A stretch of DNA of 64,000 nucleotides from Alphaproteobacteria bacterium (GTDB lineage Bacteria; Pseudomonadota; Alphaproteobacteria; UBA828; JAPUJA01). This document shows, in pieces, positions 1 to 10,250 of this stretch. The notes below the pieces were generated by a model that was not told where the DNA came from, searched no databases, and saw nothing but the letters and a program-made list of their open reading frames with translations. The position numbers were made by a program, and so were the translations under genes. The stretch covers positions 20,434 to 84,433 of the forward strand of contig CAVOEB010000001.1 in the NCBI GenBank assembly GCA_963694715.1. Direction: 5' to 3'. Within the stretch, counting starts at the first letter, position 1. Every line of letters begins with the position of its first letter.

Positions 1-2528
1 GGGATTGCCACGGCTTGCCCATCGAGTGGCAGATCGAGCAGAGCTACCGCAAGGCGGGCAAGGATAAGGACGCGGTCCCCCTGGTCGACTTCCGAGAGGA
101 ATGCCGGGCCTCCGCGGCGCACTGGATCAAAATCCAGGCCGACGAATTCAAGCGTCTCGGCGTGCTTGGCGACTGGGAACACCCCTATACCACCATGAGC
201 TTCGACGCCGAGGCCCAGATCGTGCGCGAGCTGGGCAAGTTCTTGCTCGATGGCAGCCTGTACAAGGGCGCCAAGCCCGTCATGTGGTCCGTGGTCGAGA
301 AGACCGCGCTGGCCGAGGCCGAGATTGAGTACGAGGACCGCACCTCGACCACCATCCATGTCCGCTTTCCGGTCCTCCGCTCGAGCGAGCCTGCGCTCGA
401 CGGGGCGAGTGTGTTGATCTGGACAACCACGCCCTGGACCATTCCGGGCAACCGCGCCATCGCCTACAGCCCCGGTCTCGACTACGCGCTCATCGAGGTC
501 ACGGCCGCTATCGAACACAGCCTCGCTCGGGTCGGCGAGCGCCTGGTGATTGCCACCGAGTTGGTCGACGCCGTAGCCGGCGAGGCGGGATTCACGCCGA
601 AGTTGGTTACGACGCTTGCGGGCAAGGGCTTGGAAGGCGTTTTCTGCCGCCACCCCTTCCATGGTCAGGGCTACGACTTCGAGGTCCCGCTCTTGCCCGG
701 CGATCACGTCACCCTCGAACAGGGCACGGGGCTGGTCCACACGGCGCCTGGCCACGGCGCCGAGGATTTTGTGGTCGGCCAGAAATTCGGGATCGAGACA
801 CCGGACACGGTGTCCGGCGACGGCACTTACTTTGATCATGTACCGCTGTTTGCGGGCCAGCACGTCTTTAAGGTGGACGGCCCCATTGTCGAGACGCTTA
901 AAGTCGTCGGCGCGCTTCTGGCGACCAGCCCGCTGGTTCATTCCTATCCCCATTCCTGGCGCTCGAAGGCGCCGCTCATCTTCCGCAATACGCCCCAATG
1001 GTTCATCTCGATGGAGACCACGGGTTTGCGCGAGAAGGCGTTGGCCGCGATCGATGCGGTGCGCTGGGTGCCGCGCGCAAGCCAGGCGCGGATTCGCGCG
1101 ATGATCGAGACCCGGCCCGACTGGGTGCTTTCGCGCCAGCGAGTTTGGGGCGTGCCGCTCGCCGTGTTCGTCGATAAGGCGAGTGGCCAGCCGTTGCGCG
1201 ACGCGGCCGTCGTCGAACGCATCGCGGCAATCATCGAGGTCGAGGGGGCGGACGCCTGGTTTACCAGCCCGAACGAGCGTTTTCTGAACCCAGAGCATGA
1301 TCCGGACGGCTTCGAGAAGGTTACCGATATCCTCGACGTCTGGTTCGACAGCGGCTCGACCCATAGCTTCGTGCTGGAAGAGCGCGCCGATCTCGCCTCG
1401 CCCGCTTCGCTCTATCTGGAGGGCTCCGACCAGCATCGCGGCTGGTTTCACAGCTCGCTGCTGGAATCCTGCGGCACCCGGGGTCGCGCGCCCTACGAAG
1501 CCGTGCTCACTCACGGTTTCGTGGTCGACGGCGAAGGCCGCAAGATGTCTAAATCCACGGGCAACGTCGTCGCGCCCGACAAGGTGCTTAAAGAATTCGG
1601 CGCCGACATCCTGCGCCTTTGGGTGGTCAGCGCCGATTACACCGAGGACCTGCGCATCTCCAGCGACATCCTGCGCTACCAGGCGGACGCTTACCGTCGG
1701 CTGCGCAACACGATGCGCTACCTGCTCGGCAACCTCGACGGGTTCGACGCGGCGGAGCGTCTCGATTACGGCGAGCTTCCCGAGCTCGAGCGCTGGGTCT
1801 GTCACCGTTTATGGGAACTCAACGGCCGTGTTCGCCGGGCGCTCGCCGATTACGACTTTCACGACATGTACATCGCGCTGCACAATTTTTGCGCCGTCGA
1901 GCTCTCGGCCTTCTATTTCGACATTCGCAAGGACGCGCTCTATTGCGATGCGTCCGGCTCGATGCGCCGGCGCGCCGTGCGCACCGTGCTCGACCTCCTG
2001 TTTTCGCACCTCACGGCCTGGCTTGCGCCGATCCTCTGCTTTACCGCCGAGGAAGCCTGGCGCACCCGTTTTCCCGACGACGAGAGCGTGCATCTGCGCC
2101 TATTCCCCGATATCCCCGAGGCGTGGCGCGACGACGCGCTGGCCGAGCGCTGGACCCGGGTGCGTCACTTGCGCCGCGTGGTGACCGGGGGGCTCGAGGT
2201 CGAGCGGCGGGAAAAGCGCATCGGCTCCAGCCTCGAGGCGGCCCCGACGCTCTATGCGCCGGCCGCCGACCTGGCGGCGATCGAGGGGCTCGATTTTGCC
2301 GAAATAGCCATCACCTCCGATCTCACGCTCGCTGCCGAGGCGCCTCCCGAGGGCGCGTTTGCCCTCGAAGATGCCCCCGGCGTCGGTGTCGTGCCGGGCC
2401 GGGCATTGGGTGAAAAATGCGGCCGCTGCTGGCGCGTGCTGCCCGAGGTCGGCGAGCGGCCCGAACATGCCGACCTGTGCGGCCGCTGCGCTGATGCGCT
2501 CGGGGCGCCGGGTGCGGCGGCGGGCTGA
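1..2528 (+). CDS. ileS: Isoleucyl-tRNA synthetase, C-terminal about 838 aa (5' end lies outside the window)
   Basis: The reading frame is open from base 3 (translation ...DCHGLPIE...), so the gene continues upstream. It contains the class I KMSKS motif (KMSKSTGN) and a C-terminal Zn-binding CxxC...CxxC. Length and motifs are typical of IleS. Confidence 0.9.
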   Translation, partial: DCHGLPIEWQIEQSYRKAGKDKDAVPLVDFREECRASAAHWIKIQADEFKRLGVLGDWEHPYTTMSFDAEAQIVRELGKFLLDGSLYKGAKPVMWSVVEKTALAEAEIEYEDRTSTTIHVRFPVLRSSEPALDGASVLIWTTTPWTIPGNRAIAYSPGLDYALIEVTAAIEHSLARVGERLVIATELVDAVAGEAGFTPKLVTTLAGKGLEGVFCRHPFHGQGYDFEVPLLPGDHVTLEQGTGLVHTAPGHGAEDFVVGQKFGIETPDTVSGDGTYFDHVPLFAGQHVFKVDGPIVETLKVVGALLATSPLVHSYPHSWRSKAPLIFRNTPQWFISMETTGLREKALAAIDAVRWVPRASQARIRAMIETRPDWVLSRQRVWGVPLAVFVDKASGQPLRDAAVVERIAAIIEVEGADAWFTSPNERFLNPEHDPDGFEKVTDILDVWFDSGSTHSFVLEERADLASPASLYLEGSDQHRGWFHSSLLESCGTRGRAPYEAVLTHGFVVDGEGRKMSKSTGNVVAPDKVLKEFGADILRLWVVSADYTEDLRISSDILRYQADAYRRLRNTMRYLLGNLDGFDAAERLDYGELPELERWVCHRLWELNGRVRRALADYDFHDMYIALHNFCAVELSAFYFDIRKDALYCDASGSMRRRAVRTVLDLLFSHLTAWLAPILCFTAEEAWRTRFPDDESVHLRLFPDIPEAWRDDALAERWTRVRHLRRVVTGGLEVERREKRIGSSLEAAPTLYAPAADLAAIEGLDFAEIAITSDLTLAAEAPPEGAFALEDAPGVGVVPGRALGEKCGRCWRVLPEVGERPEHADLCGRCADALGAPGAAAG

Positions 2529-2534
2529 GCGAGG

Positions 2535-3035
2535 GTGAGCGTCCGTCGACTCGCCTCCGCCCGTAGCGCCCTCGAGCTGGGAGCTGGCCTGGCCGGTCTC
2601 GTCGTCCTGCTCGATCAACTCACCAAGCTCTGGGCGGTGGGCGCGCTCGACAATCCGTCCCGCGTCATCGAGCTGCTCGGGTTTCTCGATCTCGTGCTAG
2701 TCTGGAATCGGGGCATCAGCTTCGGGCTGTTCGGCAGCGGCGACGCCGGGGTCTGGCCGTTCGTCGCGCTCGCCGTCGTCATTTCGATCGGGCTCGGGTT
2801 CTGGCTCGCGCGCCTGCGCCGCGTCCTGATGGTGTTGGCGGTCGGCTTGATCCTGGGCGGCGCGCTGGGCAACGTGATCGACCGCCTGGTCTACGGCGCG
2901 GTGATCGATTTCGTCGATCTGCATGCGGGCGGCTGGCACTGGCCGGCGTTTAACCTCGCCGATGCCGCAATTACCGTCGGCGTCGTGGTTCTGGCCGTTG
3001 ACGCCTTGCTGAATCCCTGGAAAAGACATAGATAA
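2535..3035 (+). CDS. lspA: Lipoprotein signal peptidase (signal peptidase II)
   Basis: 166 aa with a GTG start and multiple TM segments. LspA-like motifs are present (VWNRGISFGLF, NLAD). The conserved ileS-lspA synteny supports the call. Confidence 0.85.
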   Translation: MSVRRLASARSALELGAGLAGLVVLLDQLTKLWAVGALDNPSRVIELLGFLDLVLVWNRGISFGLFGSGDAGVWPFVALAVVISIGLGFWLARLRRVLMVLAVGLILGGALGNVIDRLVYGAVIDFVDLHAGGWHWPAFNLADAAITVGVVVLAVDALLNPWKRHR

Positions 3036-3040
3036 ATACC

Positions 3041-3670
3041 ATGGTTTCAAATCTTCGCCCCTCACCAACCACGGCAGTCCTGATAGCGCTCGGCGCGCTT
3101 GTCTTGGTGGGCGCGTTATCGGCTTGCCAGTCCGCGGGCGAGATGCTTGGCATGTCCAAGGCGCTGCCCGACGAATACGCTGTGACCGTAGGGCCTAACC
3201 TGGCCGTGCCGCCCGATGTCGGGCTTCGCCCGCCGAGCGCGGGCAGCGAAACGTCGGCGGGGGCCGACGGCGCCGCCATCGTGTTCGGCGGCGCCGACGT
3301 AGCCGTTGGGACGTCTTCGAATCCCACCACGCTCACCAATCTCTCGGCCGGCGAATACGCCTTGCTCGAGCAGGCCCATGCGATCACCAGCAACGCGGCG
3401 ATTCGCCAAATCCTTGGAGAGCCCCTGCCTCCGGCCATAGTGCCGGGCGCCGGCGCCGAATTCGTGCCCTCCGGTCCCGCCTCCGACAAGGTCATCGACG
3501 ATTTCTTCGACGATCTAATGTTCTGGGAGGGCGCGACCGGCGACCTCCGCGACGATGCCGTTATCGATGCCACGCGCGAGGCCGAACGGCTCGAACAGAA
3601 TGCCGCCGAGGGCAGGTACGCGACCGAAGGCGCCACGCCGGTCCTGTCCGACGGCGAATCGAGCCCCTAG
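3041..3670 (+). CDS. Putative lipoprotein (DUF3035-like); function unknown
   Basis: It has an N-terminal signal peptide with a lipobox (LVGALSAC). The rest is Ala/Gly/Pro-rich and acidic. Its position directly after lspA matches a common alphaproteobacterial arrangement. Confidence 0.5.
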   Translation: MVSNLRPSPTTAVLIALGALVLVGALSACQSAGEMLGMSKALPDEYAVTVGPNLAVPPDVGLRPPSAGSETSAGADGAAIVFGGADVAVGTSSNPTTLTNLSAGEYALLEQAHAITSNAAIRQILGEPLPPAIVPGAGAEFVPSGPASDKVIDDFFDDLMFWEGATGDLRDDAVIDATREAERLEQNAAEGRYATEGATPVLSDGESSP

Positions 3671-3673
3671 GAG

Positions 3674-5056
3674 ATGACCGTTTCGGCGGACGCGGGCGGA
3701 TTTACGTTTTGCCATCGCGTGGCGGCGCTCAGCGTCTTGACGCTTTTGGCGGTCGGCTTCATTGCGCTGGGCCTGTGGACGGAGAGACCCCGCGTGTTCG
3801 GGGCCGAGACCTTCACCCTTGCCAACGGCCTTGAGGTCATCGTCGTCGAAAATCACCGCGCACCGGTCGTCTTTCACAGCGTCTGGTACCGCATCGGTGC
3901 CGCCGACGAACCGCCTGGAAAATCGGGTATCGCCCATTTTCTCGAACACCTCATGTTCAAGGGCACCGAGACCCGTGAGGCCGGCGAGTTTTCACATCTT
4001 GTTGCGCTCAACGGCGGGTCCGAGAACGCGTTTACCTCGCAGGATTACACCGGCTATTTTCAGAAAATCGCGCGCGACCGGCTCGAGCTAGTCATGGAGC
4101 TCGAGGCGGATCGCATGGCGAACCTCGTGCTCAGCGACGAGACGGTCCTGCCCGAGCGCGACGTTGTGCTCGAGGAGCGCGCCTCACGCACGGACAACGA
4201 CGCCGGCGCCCAGTTTGGTGAACGTTTCGCCGCCGAGCAGTTCCAGGTCCACCCCTACGGCATTCCCATCATTGGCCATGAGCACGAGATTGCGGCGCTC
4301 ACCACCGAGGATGCCATCGCGTTCTACCAGCGCTATTACGCGCCGAACAACGCGGCCTTGATTGTCGTCGGCGATATCACTGCTGATGAAATGCGAGTTC
4401 TCGCCGAGCGCTATTACGGTCCGGTTGCGGCGCGTGACGTGCCCGAGCGGGTTCGGGTCGTGGAGCCGGCGCCCGACGTAGCGCGCCGGCTCGAGGTGGT
4501 GGACGAGCGGGTGCGTCAGGCGGAATGGAGCCGCAGTTACCTGGCGCCGAGCCAGAACGCGGGTGAAACCGAGCACGCCTACCCGTTGATCGTGCTCTCG
4601 AACATCTTGTCTGGCACGACCGGACGGCTCTACCGCACCCTCGTGGTGGAGCGCATGTTGGCGGCCCATACGGGCGTTTATTACGACGACTTTTATTTCG
4701 ATAAGACCCAGTTTTACATCTATGCGACCCCGGCGCTGGGCGCCGATATAGCGGCTCTCGAAGCCGCGATCGACGCCGAGATCGACCGCGTGCTGCACGA
4801 GGGCGTGACGTCCGAGGAGGTTGAGAGCGCCAAGACGCGGGTCAAGGCCGAGGCGGTGTTCGCCAGCGACAGTCTTTATATGGTAGCCAATATATTCGGC
4901 GACGCTTTTACCTCGGGTGTCAGCGTCGAGGAGGTCGAGTCCTGGTTCGATCGTATCGACGCGGTGACGCCTGAGCAGATCAGCGCTGCCGCCCGCTCGG
5001 TGCTTCGCCCCGAACGCGCCGTAACCGGCGTTCTGCTACCCGCCGAGGTTGGTTAA
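3674..5056 (+). CDS. M16 family zinc peptidase (pitrilysin-like), catalytic subunit
   Basis: An inverted zincin motif HFLEHLMFKGT (HxxEH) lies near the N-terminus. The protein is 460 aa with an N-terminal hydrophobic segment, and a GGAG sits upstream of the ATG. Confidence 0.85.
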   Translation: MTVSADAGGFTFCHRVAALSVLTLLAVGFIALGLWTERPRVFGAETFTLANGLEVIVVENHRAPVVFHSVWYRIGAADEPPGKSGIAHFLEHLMFKGTETREAGEFSHLVALNGGSENAFTSQDYTGYFQKIARDRLELVMELEADRMANLVLSDETVLPERDVVLEERASRTDNDAGAQFGERFAAEQFQVHPYGIPIIGHEHEIAALTTEDAIAFYQRYYAPNNAALIVVGDITADEMRVLAERYYGPVAARDVPERVRVVEPAPDVARRLEVVDERVRQAEWSRSYLAPSQNAGETEHAYPLIVLSNILSGTTGRLYRTLVVERMLAAHTGVYYDDFYFDKTQFYIYATPALGADIAALEAAIDAEIDRVLHEGVTSEEVESAKTRVKAEAVFASDSLYMVANIFGDAFTSGVSVEEVESWFDRIDAVTPEQISAAARSVLRPERAVTGVLLPAEVG

Positions 5057-5060
5057 GCCT

Positions 5061-6380
5061 ATGTTCCGTATAGGACTGCTCATAACGCTTCTGCTTGTCG
5101 CTCTGCCGGGGCTTGCGCGTGCGACCGACGTGCAGCGGGTGGTCAGCCCCGGGGGCATCGAAGCGTGGCTGGTCGAGGAGCACGCGATTCCCCTGATCTC
5201 GGTCGAGGCGATGTTTCGCGGCGGCTCGGCGCTCGATCCTGAAGGCCGGGAGGGCTTGGCGACCCTGGCTTCGGCGTTGATCAACGAGGGCGCGGGCGAC
5301 TACGATTCCGAAGCCTTTCTTGTCCGGCTGGTGGATCGTTCGATCCGACTCGGCGCTAGCGCGACCCAGGATAACTTCACCGTCGAAGTCGAAACGCTGT
5401 CGCTCCATCGCGATGTCGCGTTCGAGATGTTGGGGTTGGCGCTCTCTGCGCCGCGCTACGATCCCGATGCCATAGAGCGAATGCGCCAGCAACTGCTCAT
5501 CGCAGTGGTGCAGAACGAGCGCGATCCGAATTGGATCGCTGCTATGACCTGGTACGAGACCGTCTATCCCGCCCATCCCTACGGCCGCTCCCTTGATGGC
5601 GCCGCCGCAAGCGTCGACGCCATCACCCGGGCCGATCTTCAGATCTTCGCGCGCGCTCGCTTCGCCCGGAATAACCTGATCGTCGCCGTCGTCGGGGACA
5701 TCACCCCGGCCGAGCTTGCACCGCTGCTCGATCAAACTTTTGCTGCGTTGCCCGCCGATGCGGCCCCGTGGGACCTCGACGAGGCGGGCTTTGCCAATGC
5801 CGGGGCGTTGCGTCTCGTTGCGCGCGATATTCCCCAGAGCGTCGCCTTTTTCGGCCTGCCCGGGATCAAACGGGCCGACCCGGATTTCTACGCGGCTTAT
5901 GTGATGAACCATATTCTGGGCGGCGGTAGTCTCACCTCGCGCCTGACCGACGAGATTCGCGAAAAACGCGGCCTCGCTTATTCGGTCTATACCTATCTCA
6001 GCCCGCTGCGCCATGGCGGACTCCATATCGGATCGGTCGGTACGCGCAACGACCGGGTCGCGGAATCCCTCGATTTGGTCCGGGCTGAGTTTGCCCGAAT
6101 GCGCCGCGACGGTGTCAGCGCCGAGGAACTGGCGGACGCTAAGACCCATTTGACCGGAGCGTTTCCGCTGCGCTTTGACAGCAACGACCGGGTCGCGCGA
6201 ACTCTGTTGTCGATGCAATACAATGATCTGGGAATCGACTATATCGATCAACGCAACGGGTATATCGAAGCCGTCACACTGGACGACGTAAACCGGGTTG
6301 CCCAGCGATTGCTGGTGTCCGAGGATCTAACGGTTGTGGTCGTCGGGACACCGGCAGGAGTTGAGCCGACGATGCCGTGA
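5061..6380 (+). CDS. M16 family peptidase-like protein (HxxEH absent; probable non-catalytic partner subunit)
   Basis: A signal peptide MFRIGLLITLLLVALPGLARA follows an ATG at 5061; the track's start at 5049 is an upstream TTG. It has M16 fold-like length and sits immediately after the first M16 gene. No HxxEH motif is present. Confidence 0.75.
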   Translation: MFRIGLLITLLLVALPGLARATDVQRVVSPGGIEAWLVEEHAIPLISVEAMFRGGSALDPEGREGLATLASALINEGAGDYDSEAFLVRLVDRSIRLGASATQDNFTVEVETLSLHRDVAFEMLGLALSAPRYDPDAIERMRQQLLIAVVQNERDPNWIAAMTWYETVYPAHPYGRSLDGAAASVDAITRADLQIFARARFARNNLIVAVVGDITPAELAPLLDQTFAALPADAAPWDLDEAGFANAGALRLVARDIPQSVAFFGLPGIKRADPDFYAAYVMNHILGGGSLTSRLTDEIREKRGLAYSVYTYLSPLRHGGLHIGSVGTRNDRVAESLDLVRAEFARMRRDGVSAEELADAKTHLTGAFPLRFDSNDRVARTLLSMQYNDLGIDYIDQRNGYIEAVTLDDVNRVAQRLLVSEDLTVVVVGTPAGVEPTMP

Positions 6381-6420
6381 CGGGCAGCGGTCGGGGTGCG
6401 TGTGCAAGGCCGGGGGGCCC

Positions 6421-7728
6421 ATGCTCTACAGCCAGGAAATTGATGGATGTCTGGACGCTGCGATCGGCGGGGCCGGCGTGTCCGACGCCGAGCTCGAAGG
6501 CGCCCTGAACGAGACGGCGCCTATTCTTGATCGCCTGCGCGCGCATCATGAAAAGGGCGAGATGTCGCTGCTCAGCTTGCCTTACGCGCGCGACGACCTG
6601 CCCGCGCTCGTTGCATTAGCCGGGCAGCTGCGCGAGGATTTCTGCCACCTCATCCTGCTTGGCACGGGGGGCTCGAGCCTGGGTGGGCGGGCCGTAATCG
6701 GTTTGCGTGGCCACCCGCTGGCGCTGGCCCAGGGCGGTATCGAGCTGCATTTCCTCGACAACGCCGATCCGCACAGCGTCGAGGGTGTGCTGGCGGCCGT
6801 CGATCTGTCCAAAACCGCGTTCCTGGTGATCAGCAAATCGGGGTCGACGCCAGAGACCCTGGCCCAAACCCTGCTCTGCCTCCAGGCGGTGCGCGTGGCT
6901 CTGTCCGATGCAGCGGCGGCCCGGCATTTTTACGCCATCACCGAGCCGGGCGAATCGCCGCTGCGCCGTTTGGCCGACCGCTTCGGCTTTTTCGTGCTCG
7001 ACCACGATCCCGGGCTGGGCGGTCGTTATTCGGTGTTTTCGGCGGTCGGCATGCTACCGGGGCTGGTCGTCGGGCTCGACGCTGAGGCGCTCCGCGCGGG
7101 CGCAGCTCAGGTGCTTGATCGTGCTGTAGGGGCTTCGAGCCCGGCGGATTGCCCGCCCGCCTTGGGCGCGGCCATCGCAGTGGCCCTACTCCGCCACCAC
7201 GCGGTCGATATCGGCGTCGTCATGCCCTACGCCGACCGGCTCGCCTCCTTTGGGTTCTGGTATCGCCAGCTTTGGGCGGAGAGTCTGGGCAAGGGCGGCA
7301 CCGGAATCACGCCGATCTCCGCGCTCGGCACGGTCGACCAACACAGCCAGCTCCAACTTTACCTCGATGGGCCATGCAATAAGATGTTCTCACTGGTTTG
7401 TTTTGACGATCCCGTCGCCAGCGTGTCGATCGACCCCGACCTAGCCGGTCACGCCGGGCTCGACTATCTCGACGGGCGGAGCATGAGCGATCTGGTTGCC
7501 GCCGAGGCCAGGGCGACGGGCGAGGCCCTGGTCGAGACCGGACGGCCGACCCGTCTGTTCCGGATCAACGCCATCGATGAACCGGTACTCGGCGCGCTGA
7601 TGATGCATTTCATGGTCGAGGTTATGGTCACGGCGCGCCTGTTAGGGGTCAATCCCTTTACCCAGCCAGCGGTCGAACGGAGTAAGGCGTTGGCACGCCG
7701 CTACCTGACGGAGATGCCGAAGCCGTGA
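6421..7728 (+). CDS. pgi: Glucose-6-phosphate isomerase (short bacterial/archaeal-type PGI)
   Basis: PGI motifs ISKSGSTPET and GLGGRYSVFSAVG are present. The ATG at 6421 avoids overlap with the upstream gene; the track ORF starting at 6334 includes a non-coding extension. Confidence 0.8.
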   Translation: MLYSQEIDGCLDAAIGGAGVSDAELEGALNETAPILDRLRAHHEKGEMSLLSLPYARDDLPALVALAGQLREDFCHLILLGTGGSSLGGRAVIGLRGHPLALAQGGIELHFLDNADPHSVEGVLAAVDLSKTAFLVISKSGSTPETLAQTLLCLQAVRVALSDAAAARHFYAITEPGESPLRRLADRFGFFVLDHDPGLGGRYSVFSAVGMLPGLVVGLDAEALRAGAAQVLDRAVGASSPADCPPALGAAIAVALLRHHAVDIGVVMPYADRLASFGFWYRQLWAESLGKGGTGITPISALGTVDQHSQLQLYLDGPCNKMFSLVCFDDPVASVSIDPDLAGHAGLDYLDGRSMSDLVAAEARATGEALVETGRPTRLFRINAIDEPVLGALMMHFMVEVMVTARLLGVNPFTQPAVERSKALARRYLTEMPKP

Positions 7729-9548
7729 GCATCCGCCGCCTGTCCGAAACGATGGTCAACCGCATTGCCGCGGGCGAGGTCGTCGAGCGGCCGGCGTCGG
7801 TGGTCAAGGAGCTGGTCGAAAACGCCGTCGATGCCGGGGCGACACGCGTCGACGTCGTGATCGAAGGCGGCGGGCGCGGCCTTATCTCCGTTAGCGACAA
7901 CGGCAGCGGCATCGCGTCCGATGAACTGGCGCTCAGCATCGAGCGCCACGCCACCTCGAAGCTGGGCGACGATGACCTCGACGCGATCGTCACGTTGGGC
8001 TTTCGCGGCGAGGCCTTGCCCTCGATCGCGTCAGTCAGCCGGTTTTGCCTGACCAGCCGCACTAGGGACGCGGAGAGCGCGTGGCAGATCGCAATCGAGG
8101 GCGGGCGTGTGGCCGAACCGGCGCCGGCGGCGCTCTCGGCGGGTACGCGGGTCGAGGTTCGCGACCTGTTTTACGCAACGCCGGCGCGTCTCAAGTTTCT
8201 CAAGCAGCCCCGCACCGAGGTCGGGCACGCGCTCGACGTGGTCAACCGGCTGGCGCTCGCCCGCCCCGACATTGCCTTTTCCGTGCAGGACGGTGGCCGC
8301 TCCGCCCTGCAATTGTCCGCCACCGCGGGCGACCTGCTCGACGCCCGGCTCGAACGCATCGCCCAGGTCATGGGCCGCGAGTTCGCCGAGAACGCCCTGC
8401 CCGTCGAGGCCGAGCGCAACGGCGTCCGTCTTTCCGGCTATGTCAGCCTGCCCACACTCAATCGGGCGACGGGGCAATATCAACATCTTGTCGTCAACGG
8501 CCGTCCCGTGCGCGATCGCATGCTGGTGGGTGCGTTGCGCGGCGCTTACCAGGATGTGCTGGTGTCGGGCCGCTTTCCGCTAGTGGTGCTATTTCTCGAC
8601 CTGCCGGCGGGTGAGCTCGACGTCAATGTCCATCCGGCTAAGACCGAGGTTCGCTTTCGCGACGCGGCAAACGTGCGCGGTCTATTGGTCGGAGGCATCC
8701 GCGCAGTGCTGACTGCGGCCGGACACCGCAGCGCGTCGAGTGTCGCGCAAGCGGCGCTCGGCGCCTTCCAACCCGAAGCGCCGGGTCCGGTGCAGTCGTC
8801 ACTGCAAGCCCGCGCTCCCGTGTCCGGCGGCGGCTACGTGGGGTACGCCCCAGGCTTTGGCCCCGGGCTTGCCGAGGCGGCGGCGTTCTACCAGGCGCCG
8901 CTGGGCGCGCCCGCGGCCCGTGCCGACGCTCCGTCCGAGGACGCGGATCCTGATGCGCCGGACGGCGGCTATCCTCTGGGCGCCGCGCGGGGCCAGTTGC
9001 ACGAAACCTATGTCGTGGCCCAGACCGCGGACGGGCTGGTCATCGTCGATCAGCACGCCGCTCACGAGCGGCTCACCCACGAGCGCATCCGGGGTGCGCT
9101 GGAGGCCGAGGGGGTGGCTCGCCAGGTCCTGCTCGTGCCCGAGGTGGTCGAGCTTGAAGCGAATGCCGTCGACCGGCTTCTCGAACGCCGGGCCGAGTTG
9201 GCCGAGTTGGGTCTCGTGATTGAAGCCTTCGGCCCGGGCGCGGTGGTGGTGCGCGAGACGCCTGCATTGCTGGGTGAGACCGACGCGATTGGGCTGGTGC
9301 GCGATCTGGCGGACGATCTCGCCGAGCTGGGCGAGGCTGTAAGCCTGAAGGATCGGCTCTCGGAGGTTTGCGCCACCATGGCCTGTCACGGCAGCGTCCG
9401 GGCGGGCCGCCGTCTTTCCCTCGACGAGATGAACGCCCTGCTGCGTCAGATGGAGACGACACCCCGTTCCGGCCAATGCAGCCACGGCCGGCCGACCTAT
9501 GTCGAACTCAAGCTCGCCGACATCGAAAAGCTGTTCGGGCGGCGCTAG
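7725..9548 (+). CDS. mutL: DNA mismatch repair protein MutL
   Basis: The N-terminal GHKL ATPase motifs are present (RIAAGEVVERPASVVKELVENAVDAGA, SVSDNGSGI). The C-terminal dimerisation region is typical. A GTG start overlaps the pgi stop. Confidence 0.9.
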   Translation: MSIRRLSETMVNRIAAGEVVERPASVVKELVENAVDAGATRVDVVIEGGGRGLISVSDNGSGIASDELALSIERHATSKLGDDDLDAIVTLGFRGEALPSIASVSRFCLTSRTRDAESAWQIAIEGGRVAEPAPAALSAGTRVEVRDLFYATPARLKFLKQPRTEVGHALDVVNRLALARPDIAFSVQDGGRSALQLSATAGDLLDARLERIAQVMGREFAENALPVEAERNGVRLSGYVSLPTLNRATGQYQHLVVNGRPVRDRMLVGALRGAYQDVLVSGRFPLVVLFLDLPAGELDVNVHPAKTEVRFRDAANVRGLLVGGIRAVLTAAGHRSASSVAQAALGAFQPEAPGPVQSSLQARAPVSGGGYVGYAPGFGPGLAEAAAFYQAPLGAPAARADAPSEDADPDAPDGGYPLGAARGQLHETYVVAQTADGLVIVDQHAAHERLTHERIRGALEAEGVARQVLLVPEVVELEANAVDRLLERRAELAELGLVIEAFGPGAVVVRETPALLGETDAIGLVRDLADDLAELGEAVSLKDRLSEVCATMACHGSVRAGRRLSLDEMNALLRQMETTPRSGQCSHGRPTYVELKLADIEKLFGRR

Positions 9549-9586
9549 CGCAAAATAGGGCGATATCTAATCGCCCCAATTTTGCG
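9549..9586. terminator. Imperfect 38-nt hairpin between convergent mutL and rsmD; possible bidirectional terminator
   Basis: The hairpin is cgcaaaat-agggcgat-atcta-atcgcccc-a-attttgcg. The outer 8-bp arms are perfectly complementary and the stem is A/T-flanked. There is no clean U-tract. Confidence 0.35.
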
Positions 9587-9683
9587 AGCCCGCAAGCATT
9601 GGCCGCCGCAGGGCAGGGGCTGGCGTGGGGCGCGGCCGGCCCCAACAAAAATGAGGCGAGAGCCTGCGCGGCGCTTGAGTGCG

Positions 9684-10250
9684 TCAAATTCCAACAAAGC
9701 GCAGAAAGCTGAACCGCGCGGTGCCGTAACGCCGTGCCTCCAGGATCTCGAAGCCTTCGGGCGGTGGGGCCTCGCCGCTCTCTTTAGCCGCCATTTCCAC
9801 GACCACGAGCGCACCGCTTGCAAGCCAACCACCTTGGGCCAACGCGGCCAGCGCGGGTTCTGCCAGGCCGCTCCCGTAGGGCGCGTCGAGAAACGCGATA
9901 TCGGCGGTACCGGTTGGGGGCGGCGGCCGGGTCGCGTCGGCCTGGATCAGGATCACCCGTTCTTCTTCGCCCAGCGCTTCGGCATTGGCCGCCAGGCAGC
10001 GGGCGGCCGCCCGATCGTTGTCCAGTGCGACGAGCCGCGCCGCGCCGCGCGAGAGGGCCTCGAGGCCGAGCGCGCCGGTGCCGGCGAAAACGTCGAGCAC
10101 CGTGGCGCCGGCCAGCGCGGGGCCGCCCAAGCGGCCGTGCTCGAGAATATTGAACAACGCCTCGCGGGCACGGGTCGCCGTGGGGCGGAGCCGCCGGCCC
10201 GCCGGCGCCTTGAGCGCGCGGCCGCGATGCTTACCGCCGACGATGCGCAT
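9684..10250 (-). CDS. rsmD: 16S rRNA (guanine966-N2)-methyltransferase
   Basis: 188 aa with a SAM-binding motif VLDVFAGTGALGLEALSRGA and an RsmD-like N-terminus MRIVGGKHRGRAL. Confidence 0.8.
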   Translation of the reverse strand: MRIVGGKHRGRALKAPAGRRLRPTATRAREALFNILEHGRLGGPALAGATVLDVFAGTGALGLEALSRGAARLVALDNDRAAARCLAANAEALGEEERVILIQADATRPPPPTGTADIAFLDAPYGSGLAEPALAALAQGGWLASGALVVVEMAAKESGEAPPPEGFEILEARRYGTARFSFLRFVGI

